Shown in pieces: positions 47,530 through 59,239 of a DNA stretch of 64,000 nucleotides; the stretch's first letter is position 1, and each line of letters starts with the position of its first letter. The position numbers and the translations under genes are program-made. The DNA is from Macrostomum lignano. Its lineage: Eukaryota. The notes below the pieces were generated by a model. The model searched no databases, was not told where the DNA came from, and saw only the letters and a list, made by a program, of their open reading frames with translations. Where the stretch lies: contig NIVC01000033.1 in the NCBI GenBank assembly GCA_002269645.1, forward strand, positions 857,335 through 921,334. Direction: 5' to 3'.

Positions 47530-48520
47530 ACTCCCCCTTGTCCAAAAGCAAAGCATCAAAATGGAAATCGAAATCATTTGCCTGGCCGCGTAGGCTTTTG
47601 ACAGATATTTGAGCTTCGCATGCTTGGTCCCGTCACCTGCACGGCGAAGATTTAAATAAGAGACCCTTAATTACAAGATTTGGAACGCTGCCCCATCCGC
47701 CTGGGAAGATTGCCAACCCTAGGATGTATGGGATTTAAATACCCGCAGTCTTCGCTTAGCACAGGTGTCAAATATCTTCCATCGCCGCTGCTGAGGCTAT
47801 GCAAGCTTCACTGCCCGGGGATTAACAATGGCAACTGCCAGGGGCGTAAAATTACTGTCTTTTATTTTATACAATAATCAAACAGTAATACAACAAATAC
47901 CCAGTTGGAATATTTCTTCTCAGAAGAAACATTTTTTCCTAATACAGAGCCTTAAGTTTTCGTCAACTGTTTATACTGTTGGCACAGCGAATAAATTATG
48001 CACAAATATTAGGGTTGACTTTTAGCTGCAATGATGATAAATGCAAGCGAAACTTAGTTTAAAAGTCTGAAAATAAAACGATAATGTTTTTACGAATAGC
48101 CACTAGAAAATGGGAACTTTTGAAGTGCCTTGAATTTTTTAAGGTTAGTAATTGGTACCTTAGTGATGATTTAAGATCTTCAAGTTTACTTTTTACTTTT
48201 CTATGAGCGTAAAAGCTTCCGCCGTACATGTAATGTATGTAACGCGTTAACAAGAAGTAATTAACATAATATCCTGTGATTCGTTTTGTTCGATAAAAGA
48301 TACATGTGGGACATGCAAGTAGAAGAAAATGCAAGCACATGGCAGCTTTTTATTCGATCCAGAAGAAGCAGCCTATCCAATCAGCCAGCGCTCATTTTGC
48401 AGTTAAATGTTTCCGAAATCAAAAGAAAAAATCAAACGATTTTTTCGCCCTCTTCTGTCGATATAAGCTATCAAAATTCATACGGTTGGCGTCGCAACTG
48501 CAGCAATTCAACAATTCAAA

Positions 48521-49282
48521 ATGAAGATGACGCAAGTCCTGATTATCCTAGTCATTATTCAAAACGTTGCTTTGACGACAGCACGTTGTGTACCTGTTGG
48601 TGATCCAATGTTGGTGAGTACTCGTATTCTTGCCATTAAAAAACTGAAGTAAAAGGATTTCGCACTTGCGTATCGCGTGATTTTTTGAGGCCTGTTTCTG
48701 CAGCAGGATAGATAGGGATGTCTATGTTTGTCAATATTTCTCAAGCTAGTTTTCTAGAAATGGCGAAAATCATTTTGCTGGCAAATTTCCATCGAATAAA
48801 TTTTCCGAGAAATTCAAGTTCTCATCTTCAGTTCAGTTTTTCAAGACGGATTTTGTTAGAGTTTGTCGGTGATCATTTTTAAGTAGCTTTTGCGTTTTCA
48901 CGATTTACGAGTGCAGAGGTCTTCTACTTTAGTTTAGAGCTGCTCATGATTACCGCGTACGGTATTTAATCAATAATAATCTACACATCTAAATCATTAA
49001 CGTTAACGTTAACAAAAACTACAGGAGACCAAAATTCTGAGCGTCAGATCTGAAGCCAGGCGCATATTCGAAGCGTACATTTGCGGCAATTTCACCGTCG
49101 CATGGAAGGAACGCGCAGCTCGTAAAGATTTTCTAGCCGATGTTGCCCTCGGCTTAGTTTTGATTGTGATTGCAGTCGGCGCTCTGATAAATTTGTTTCT
49201 CTGTTGCGTCTGCTTGCGGAATCTGGTCCGGGAAAGCCTGCCAAACCGTTCGCGCTCCGGGCTGGATCAGCACACAGGCTGA
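48521..49282 (+). CDS. Small type I membrane protein, 2 exons (48521-48613, 49025-49282), 116 aa, family not recognised
   Basis: Exon 1 MKMTQVLIILVIIQNVALTTARCVPVGDPML (signal peptide-like) ends at a GTGAGT donor. The phase-0 acceptor ACTACAG opens an 85-codon frame with NFT sequon, TM helix VALGLVLIVIAVGALINLFL and CCVC. AATAAA at 49624. Confidence 0.65.
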
Positions 49283-49944
49283 GTCTCTGTCCGAGATTAC
49301 TGAGCTGCTGAAACTGGAAGGCATCCCCTGAACTTGACACGTTTTGCACCCACAATATACTTCAGATATTGTTTATCGATGAAAACTGCGATTTTGGAAA
49401 CTACGTATGCTTAGTTAGTAACTCTTAGTTTCTGCTCGGTGTGAAGACTAAACTTAGTATACAACAAGCAAAATCAATAATTAGCAGTCATTTCAAGAAG
49501 AATCCAGACTTTATAAAGCAAAATATCCTTCTTCACTTACTGCACGAGTTCCTAGTTTTATGGTAAGTACTTTTAGTAATAACTAGCAATCTACGCCCCC
49601 GTTGGGGAGCAAACAAAGAATGCAATAAAAATTTTTACGAGCGGTTGGATGGTTAGAATAGGAAGTTTTTACATCTTAATGTTCATTGTGATAGTGAATT
49701 GAATTATTATGCTATGCAATTAAGTTATTAATTTTGTACGAGTCTTACGGCATTGCTCATAAAACTTTTTGGATTTCACTTCCTCAAATCTTTTTTGTCA
49801 AAACGGTTTAAAATAATTGGTCAGGACTATGGATTAACATGTACTACTTTTACTCTTCAAACATAAATCTGAATCATCGCATACAGTAGGCAGTAACTAT
49901 GGTTGTGGAGAATTGGTATACATGACCTTCATATGCACCCAGAA

Positions 49945-51817
49945 CTACTGGAAGCGAAATTCTCCCACCACTGGGAAGTGATCCGACAAGTGCCGAGTCC
50001 TGAGCCTGGCGTTGCAGCCGCTGGAATCCGGCGCCACATAGCTCGGCTGAAACGGCGCCGAGATGCACAAATTCACAGGCGCATCGGCAAGCAGGCGGAC
50101 AGCGCGGATGCTTGAGGACACCGGCTGCTTGTGCTCGCGACTGACGAACACATAGTCCAGCCACTGGCGCACCGTGATGCCCGGCTCCACTACGTCATTC
50201 TGCTTCGGGTCGTAGGTAGAGCGCAGTGGGCCTCTAAGCCGGGGCAGACGGGCGTTGAGCCTCTGCAGCAAGCGGCTGACGTGGCCTCGGTTGGCCAGCA
50301 GGTCCGCGTTGAAGTCGCCCGCGAAAATTACCGGCTCATTGGGGCTGATCTGGCGAGACTGGGCGAAGCGGTGCAGTTCATCCGCTTGCTTCTCTCGATA
50401 GGCATCGAACTCGGGGCCATCCTCTGCCTGAAAATGTGAGAGGCACCCAGCACCCGACTGCAGCAAAATTCAAGGCCTATTTTATCCTGAGAGCCATCTT
50501 AACAATGGAAATACGCTTGTACATCTAAAACCGATCTTGGCTGTACTTCGTATTGACTCCGTTTAATTTCATTAGCGGCTATCTGACATCAAAGTTAAAA
50601 AACAAGTTACCTGTAAATGTGTGCCAAATAGGTGAAACACGGAACCCAGCTTGTCTATCTTGGCGTGAACCACACCTTTGTTGGCTAGAGAATCAGCGCT
50701 GCCAGGGTGCGCGTTGAGGTACACCGCCTGCGCCTGCTGCAGGATCGGCCAGCGAGAAGCGACGAACACGCCGCCGTTAATCCGCAGACCCCATCGGCGC
50801 ACTCCGACCGTCCGAGTCGAGTAATTGAATCCGTAGCTGCGAAGCAGGCCGCGCAAACTGAACGTGTCGCTGCTGTCCGCTAGGCAACCCGGCTGGAATG
50901 CCTCCTGGAAAACGATTGCGTCAGCACCGGGGACCTCGGCCAGCAGAGCTGCGGGTCACCGATCAGTTCCGATATCCGGTATTACAAAACCTACCCTGAC
51001 TAGGCACCCTGATACAACGCATTCTGACCCATAAGCCGACCCTGTTCTATATCAAACAATCAAGTGGCCACGCACACACCGTGAGCACAGCGGCCAAAGC
51101 TGTCCTTTGGTCGCATCGACAAGGGCGATGACTGCACAGGCGAAACCGGAGAGCTAACATCGATGTCATGCAACTCTCCCCGACTATTGACTCGTCGAAC
51201 TCTTTACTCAACGGTGCTTTTTTCCTGGCCCTCCAAAAAAGCGATTGATTGATCTTTGAGACCCAACCACCTCTAACCTCAAACATCGAACTTCGAATTA
51301 AAGCTCGAAACATTTTCGGATCTCTATTAATCAGCTTTAGCTCTCTCATCACTCTCAAAGCACTGCCAGCCTTTACCCCGCGGAATACGGCAGGTTCGCT
51401 CCCGCTGCCCGTCATGCGACACCAGGTACGGCCGGGCGAACACATTGTAGGACACTATGGTCAGCCGGCCGGCATCCGTGCTGTCCAGCCGCTTCGACAG
51501 TGTCTTTGCCCGGCAAAAAACCTTCGAACCTGTCCAGCAGGTGCTGCCGTCGCCGGCGGAGTCCAGTCGGTCGAACAGCAGGTCCAGCTTGTGGCAGCTG
51601 CTGGACTGATGAGCGCCGCAGATGGGCGCTGAGCCTGCGAGTTTGGGCAGAAATCAAGTAAAGCGTATCAATAAAACAGTAAAAATTCCTTGTAGTTACC
51701 CAGCCAAACTCCGGCAGTTTCTTGCGCAGCCGCAGGGGAAGACAGCAGCAACAGTAGCAGCAGCAGATGACGACGACCACCTGGAAGAATCCAGGAAAAT
51801 TCCACTCGAGCTGTCAT
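49945..51817 (-). CDS. Secreted sphingomyelinase C (bacterial beta-toxin-type, EEP/DNase I fold), 4 exons (51817-51700, 51634-51377, 50948-50611, 50427-49945), about 398 aa
   Basis: Signal peptide ([16 protein letters not shown]); LTIVSYNV, FQEAF, NGGVFVASRWPI, DSLANKGVVHAKI, GTHLQAED, GDFN, STYD, LDYVF and SDHFPV are all present. Introns are GT-AG with consistent phases. Confidence 0.9.
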
Positions 51818-52789
51818 CGTTATTCTAATTTTTGGGCTGGTTAGTTTGACATGCTGCTGAATGCTTGCGCTGGGAATCCTCAGGCGTTTGGGCCGCTCTA
51901 TCAGTACCGTTAAATAAAATTGCAAAACTTATGAGTTGCCACCTGTGAGACGAGATTCTGCTTATCGTTGCACCAATCGTTGCAACAGTTTTGACACTAT
52001 CAGCAGCAGAAACTGCGTGTCACGCCATGGCTAATGCTTATTTTCGTATAGAACCGCGAATGCAAATGACAGTGTTTCATGGTGACCTTTAGCCCACAAA
52101 GATATCTATAGCATTCAAAGGCATTCAACGCTCAATTTTTTTTATTTTTAGTTTGCAATGCTGGAACAGTGGAAGTAGCCCCATTTAAAGAAATTGTAAG
52201 ACATTCAACACTTGCTACTTCCATTGGTAGCGAGATGCACACACAGCTATATAATTTAAAGAAATAAAAAACTGCCACTGAAATTTAACGGTCACACGAA
52301 AGTACAATACGAGTACAGCCATTTTATCTACAATAAATTTGAATTTTTAAATTAGCATTCACTACTTTGAGTTTGGATATTATACGTTCAAATTAGTGAT
52401 TTTAGGTATGCTTACATAATAAAACTTAAAAGCTCTCCAAAGTTGCCGAGGAAGTGATCTCGTCCGACTGCTCAAAGCAAATATTCGACTGAAGCCGTTT
52501 CGCTTCGTACGAATTTCTACTTGCTTGTACTTTATATATCTGGAATTCAAGGCGCTGGCAGATGAATTGGGAACTGCTTCCACTACCAGAATTGCCACGT
52601 TTTGAGTTTAGTGCCTGCCGGGGCTCATGCTAAAATTCGGAAATGCATTCAGTAGGTCGGAGTTCGGTTCGACTTCGGTCGGAGTTTCTGCATGTACGAT
52701 TGCTTAATTCAGAGATTGGGGTGAACGTGTCTGACTCTCGCTCTTCCACATCTGCTTTGACACATTTGGGGAAAAACTCGCGCGGGAAA

Positions 52790-54436
52790 ACATCCAGTGG
52801 GGAAACCTCGCTGCGGGAAAACCTCCTGCGGGAAAACCTCCTGCGGGAAAACCTCCTGCGGGAAAACCTCCTGCGGGAAAACCTCCAGTGGGGAAACCTC
52901 CTGCGGGAAAACCTCCAGTGGGGAAACCTCCTGCGGGAAAACCTCCAGTGGGGAAACCTCGCTGCGGGAAAACCTCCTGCGGGAAAACCTCCAGTGGGGA
53001 AACCTCCTGCGGGAAAACCTCCAGTGGGGAAACCTCCTGCGGGAAAACCTCCAGTGGGGAAACCTCGCTGCGGGAAAACCTCCTGCGGGAAAACCTCCAG
53101 TGGGGAAACCTCGCTGCGGGAAAACCTCGGCGGGAAAACCTCGGCGGGAAAACCTCGGCGGGAAAACCTCCTGCGGGAAAACCTCCAGTTGGGAAACCTC
53201 GCTGCGGGAAAACTTCCTGCGGGAAAACCTCCAGTGGGGAAACCTCCTGCGGGAAAACCTCCTGCGGGAAAACCTCCTGCGGGAAAACCTCGGCGGGAAA
53301 ACCTCGGCGGGAAAACCTCGGCGGGAAAACCTCCTGCGGGAAAACCTCCAGTGGGAAAACCTCCTGCGGGAAAACCTCCTGCGGGAAAACCTCCTGCGGG
53401 AAAACCTCGGCGGGAAAACCTCGGCGGGAAAACCTCCTGCGGGAAAACCTCCAGTTGGGAAACCTCGCTGCGGGAAAACTTCCTGCGGGAAAACCTCCAG
53501 TGGGGAAACCTCGCTGCGGGAAAACCTCCTGCGGGAAAACCTCCTGCGGGAAAACCTCGGCGGGAAAACCTCGGCGGGAAAACCTCCTGCGGGAAAACCT
53601 CCAGTTGGGAAACCTCGCTGCGGGAAAACTTCCTGCGGGAAAACCTCCAGTGGGGAAACCTCGCTGCGGGAAAACCTCCTGCGGGAAAACCTCCTGCCGG
53701 AAAACCTCCAGTGGGAAAACCTCCTGCGGGAAAACCTCCTGCGGGAAAACCTCCTGCGGGAAAACCTCGGCGGGAAAACCTCGGCGGGAAAACCTCGGCG
53801 GGAAAACCTCCTGCGGGAAAACCTCGGCGGGAAAACCTCGGCGGGAAAACCTCGGCGGGAAAACCTCCTGCGGGAAAACCTCCAGTGGGGAAACCTCGCT
53901 GCGGGAAACCCTCCTGCGGGAAAACCTCCTGCCGGAAAACCTCCAGTGGGAAAACCTCCTGCGGGAAAACCTCCTGCGGGAAAACCTCCTGCGGGAAAAC
54001 CTCGGCGGGAAAACCTCGGCGGGAAAACCTCCTGCGGGAAAACCTCCAGTTGGGAAACCTCGCTGCGGGAAAACTTCCTGCGGGAAAACCTCCAGTGGGG
54101 AAACCTCGCTGCGGGAAACCCTCCTGCGGGAAAAACTCCAGTGGGGAAACCTCGCTGCGGGAAAACCTCCTGCAGGAAAACCTCGGCGGGAAAACCTCGG
54201 CGGGAAAACCTCCTGGGGGAAAACCTCGCTGCGGGAAAACCTCGGTGGGAAAACCTCGGCGGGAAAACCTCGGCGGGAAAACCTCGGCGGGAAAACCTCG
54301 GGGGGAAACCTCGCTGCGGGAAAACCTCGGCGGGAAAACCTCGGCGGGAAAACCTCGGTGGGAAAACCTCGGCGGGAAAACCTCGGTGGGAAAACCTCGG
54401 CGGGAAAACCTCGGCGGGAAAACCTCCTGCGGGAAA
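52790..54436. repeat. 1.65-kb mosaic minisatellite of 14-16-bp units built on GGGAAAACCTC
   Basis: Variant units GCGGGAAAACCTCCT, CCAGTGGGGAAACCT, CGCTGCGGGAAAACCT and CGGCGGGAAAACCT recur in blocks; source of the 500-670 aa pseudo-ORFs. Confidence 0.97.
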
Positions 54437-55867
54437 TTTTCGTGCTCCCCGTCTGTGCATCTGGCACCAGGCTAATTCTATAACCATATAATAGAATTTC
54501 ATCAAAAAATAAACCGTTTTAAAAGAAAAAAAATTGCATGAAGCATAGCGAGCGCAAGGTTCTTTGTTTATAAAGGGTTTTGGACCCCTTCTCCCGCGTG
54601 TCCCTACAAGTAAGTGTGGTGTGTTGACCGACCAAATCATCTTCCGTTGTACTCGGATCCTACTACCAGGACCTCTCGACCAATAGAATCCCTCCCCCCA
54701 CATTACCCTTCTACTCCAAAATACCATACAAGGTAAACGCTACCCTTGAACACTCACACCCCTCCATACACTCAGCTGCCTGACCCCATCTCCAGGCCCC
54801 TTCCTCATCCGGCCTGCCCAACCCCAACCCTGGGCTGCTCCACCAATCTCTCGGCCCACCCCTGCCTCACTCAACCTCTGGCCTGACCCACCTCGTCACC
54901 GAGGTCTCCCTCAATTCTCAACTCTCCCAATAACTAATTTTACAGAGAATTTTACAGAGATTATAACGGAATAGAACGGAGTAGCAACCTGTTCGCAGTT
55001 TTAACCAGTTTCTTCCTGCACTCACGAAGGTGAACTCGCGTTCACTGGCCCAGTTATTGAAATTGATCGTTCGCGATTGCGAGTGCGCTAAGAAATTTGT
55101 ACAATATCATCCCCTTGTATTGATCCGCTTTAGTTCCCTGATATTTGCTTTAAACTCTCTTCCTGAAAAAGTCTCGCTCAGCCACAGCAGCAGAATTCCG
55201 CTCTTCTCTGTGCAAAGCAGGACAGCCCCCGTTCATACGCCAGCCCGCTGCAATTTGGTCAGAGTCTCCTCTCAAACCCAAAGCGTTTGCCTATGGGGTG
55301 TCGCAACTGCGCGCGCGGAGAAACCAAAAAAACGTTTTTGCGACTTTCCAATGAATGAGAAGCAAAAGCCTGGCTCGCCACGATCAACTCGACACTCGAT
55401 GAATCAGGAAACATTTCGACTGCTGTGGCTAAACTCTGGCTCAACGGTAAGTTTCATGAGTGCGCTTTCTTGATGCGTAGAGTGCAAGTGCAGTGTGCAG
55501 TAAGAGATGTACTCACAATTTAGTCCGTTCGGTATGTTCTGGTTAGGAGCGCGATTTGGGCAACAAAGAGCTGGATAATTGACTCCTCGAGTCCTTGACT
55601 CCTAGACTACGAGTAGACTGATGCAAATATTTTGTTGCATCCTGCCTCCTTTCTATTCGGCAGCGATTTCTTAACGCTATCTCTTTTAAAAGGCGAATAA
55701 TTGGGAAAGACTAATTCGCTTCCATTTTCATCGCCTTTTTGTACTACATGTAGCTCGTACGAGCTGGTTATCTCGATTTTTTTCTATCTGATCAATATTT
55801 TGTATTTTGCTTCCCAATGAGAGTTCAGTGTCAGAATTTCCTGGACATGAATGTTTTGCAGGTTTTT

Positions 55868-56225
<358 letters not shown>

Positions 56226-56451
56226 AGAATAAAAGAGGCATCATGGTTCATAAAAAAGCGAAAGTTCAAACAAAATACAGTAAGCGTAATTTTGCACATA
56301 AAAAATTAATTTGGGAATTGCTTAGATGTGAAGGCTCTATAATTGCTCAAATATGCGGTCCACGAGACCAGGTTCTTCTCAACGCAAAAGTGCACTGCAT
56401 TACAAAGCCGTATTAGCTCCTAATAAAATCGCCTAATCAACTCAATCAGAT

Positions 56452-57763
56452 ATGCTGCGTCAGCTACTTCGCCATCTTGCTCGACAGCAGCCCCTGAGCT
56501 GGAGGTTCATTTTCTGCGCTGTAATCGCAGTAGCAACCCTCTTGACGATTTGCACTGCACCCATGAGAATTCGGTCGTTGAACAATGACTTCCCAAAGAT
56601 GGCCTGCCTTTCGTCCAGTAGACTGCCATTAGCTCGTAAAATCCCAAGCAGTCTGTTTCGACATCTCGGCAACTGGAGCTTCGAGGAGCCGGCAAGACTA
56701 GCCAAGTTGTGTCGCCCAGACGCCAGACAAACGAATCACGAGTTTCCAGTGAAGCGAGCCTCATTTCCACAGACTCTGTTAGCAATTGTTCCGATCACTT
56801 CGGAAATGTCTGAGCAGCGGAAAGATCTGAGGCGAGTATTGAGCTTGCGTTTCAAACTTTTATTAAAATAATTCGCTTTTCAAGTGAAAAAGAGAAAAGG
56901 GGCAAAATTAGCACGCTTAAGATCCCACTTAATTGCCTTCCAGACTAACATGGGGCTCCGAATTGAACAAGAACTTCGGCCAGCTACTATTCCTAGTGCA
57001 GCTGGAGTGGGGCACCTCACCACCAAAGGAACTGATGCTGGAAAACCAAAGGCAGCAGGATATCCTGATTGCCTATCACAATGGTGAGCCCAGAGGTGAC
57101 TCCTATGGTACGCTGGTGCTAAAGATGATCGCCGGATTGCAATGGTACGCCAAAGCCTGCCATGGGGGATTTAAATTTGTGCTCAAATCGGACTACGACT
57201 CCTACTGGAACGTTGAGTCTCTTGTCAACCTGCTCCTTCGGCATCGACATTCGGAGCCGCTCGTGCTCGGCTCAGTTCAGGAGAGCGCCTCTGTGCTTCG
57301 CGATCCGCAGTCAGATTTCTACGTATCGCAGGAGGCCTACTCAGACAGTCACTTCCCTGCATACGTGTCGGGAGGACCTGGCTACGCGATGTCCCGAGCC
57401 GCGGCCGTGTCCATCGCCAGCTTGGCCGAGTATCACGTGCCTCGCAATGGCGCTCTGTGGCTGGAGGACGTATACATTACTGGGCTGCTTCCGGCTGTGG
57501 GCTACTCAACCTGCAACGGCAGCTCAAGTTCCGCATTTTTGCACCTGCACTCGGACTATGTATATATCTGTCGCTACATGGAGTTTACAGCCGAAATGGT
57601 GACGCGGTGGCCACCACTGGCCATGCACCGAGTGCGCGGGCGTCAACTGCACGATCTGCACGCTTGGGCGCGCGGTGCGGGTGCAGCTGAGATCGCTCAG
57701 AAAAAGCATAGCATTGTGTACAGCAGGAAACTGTGTGAGAAAACTGGCAAATCACTACCATGA
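56452..57763 (+). CDS. Beta-1,3-galactosyltransferase-like glycosyltransferase (CAZy GT31), 2 exons (56452-56831, 56944-57763), about 399 aa
   Basis: Type II N-terminal anchor; after splicing RKDLRLTWG (RxxxRxTWG); ENQRQQDIL; DSYGTLVLKM; FVLKSDYD (DxD); PAYVSGGPGYAMS; EDVYITG. Confidence 0.88.
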
Positions 57764-58827
57764 TATTGCTCTTGGCTTCATAAATTCTGTGCAGTGCTCG
57801 AAATGTTGTATGAAATATATCTCTGCATGCTGACAGTTTTGCGCCAATGCGAAATACTCTCATGGTTTCATGAATAATTTAAATCTGACTCGAAAGGTTA
57901 TTAAGGTACTGTAAGACCGTGGGTTGAATTGCAGTGAAATAACAAAACGTGAGGAGACCTCACTGGCTCACGCCAATATATTTAATGCCAAAGTTGGGGT
58001 GGGTGTAACCACCCTAAGCACGCACACGCTGCAGCGCTAAACCCCAACCCCCAAACCAGCCAGACGTGCACATCTAAGTGCACGCGCACCCACAAGCCAG
58101 ATTACAGTACATTTTTGATTTTTTAGCTTAAAACATCAAGTCGTACAGAAACGTGCGACTAACCTTGTGGACGACTAAAGGTAAAATGACGCTCCAGCGA
58201 ATGTTACTAGATTTAGAGGCCGGAATTCGCTGCTGAAAATGATTTTCGAGGGAATTTCTTTAGCACTAAATTGGCATACCTAAGAGTTCTCATACTTCTG
58301 AATTTTCGATTGAAAATCGAACAAGTATGTAAAGCCCACAGATTCTATAACACTAGATGTGTCCATTCAATGGAAAAAAGTGGTCATTTGGCCTTTCTGG
58401 CCGCGCAACGCTCTACCTTGTCGCTCTTCATCGTCGAGCTCATCAGCGCATTGAACTGGATCCTCGTCACCCGTTTGAGCTTGATGCAGTAGCATTTTTG
58501 CAGAGATGGTAGAGCGTTCCAACACCGCGTTCTCATAACTTTGACCCGGAGGGCACGAATAGGCGACATCTTCTCCATCTTCACCATTAGGTTTCTTGCG
58601 CAAACAGACGTCAGAGTCTGATTCGCCAGTCCCAGAATATGCAGTAAGTTTGTTGCGATCGAGTCACTCAGCGGAAATTTCACACAATGATGTGAAATCG
58701 GGTACCTGAATACGCAACACATCTTGGAATGCATGACTAACAGATGTTCGAGCTCTGTTGCAGATGAGGGCGAGTCGGCTGTAGGTGACGGCAGTGGGAG
58801 ATTATTCAGTATGTCTTTGATATAGAT

Positions 58828-58910
58828 CACGGGTCGGCAAATTCCGGCCCGCGGCCACATGCGGCCTCTCCATAATGCTTTGAAACTTCACAATAACAAT
58901 CCGGCCCGCT
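58828..58910. mobile_element. hAT-type MITE end (solo remnant)
   Basis: CACGGGTCGGCAAATTCCGGCCCGCGGCCACATGCGGCC resembles the common CAGGGGTCGGCAA..CGGCCCGCGGGCCGCATGCGGCC terminus. Confidence 0.4.
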
Positions 58911-58914
58911 CAAA

Positions 58915-59165
58915 TCTTGTCTCTCCCTTCTTCTCTCTCCCCTCTTCTCTCTCCCCTCTACCTCTTCTCTTTCCCCTCTCCCTCTTCTATCTCCCCTCTC
59001 CCGTCTCTTCTCCTCTTTCCCATCTCTTCTCTCCATTCTCCCCTCTCCTTTCTCCTCTCTCCCATCTCCTTTTCCCTCCTCTCTTCTCTCTTCTCTCATT
59101 CTCTCATCTCATCTCTCGCCTCTCCTCTCTTCACTCATCTTCTATTCCGCCTGCTTTCCACTCTC
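58915..59165. repeat. Pyrimidine-rich (CT/CCT) low-complexity tract
   Basis: Direct observation. Confidence 0.85.
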
Positions 59166-59239
59166 ATCTGACCCAAAGCCATGAGCTGGATTTATAAACT
59201 CAGAGGCATAGTTTTATAAACTCAACCCTATATCTAGGT

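Noticed and set aside
51604-51635. CTGATGA followed by a GCGCC/GGCGC hairpin (hammerhead-like)
   Set aside because: No GAAA follows stem II, and the sequence is antisense to an SMase exon.
52643-54727. Five ORFs of 531-672 aa on both strands
   Set aside because: They are translations of the GGGAAAACCTC minisatellite, open in several frames at once; there is no non-repeat domain.
58367-58860. Minus-strand open frames that might be a transposase fragment
   Set aside because: No DDE, zinc-finger or dimerisation motif could be identified.
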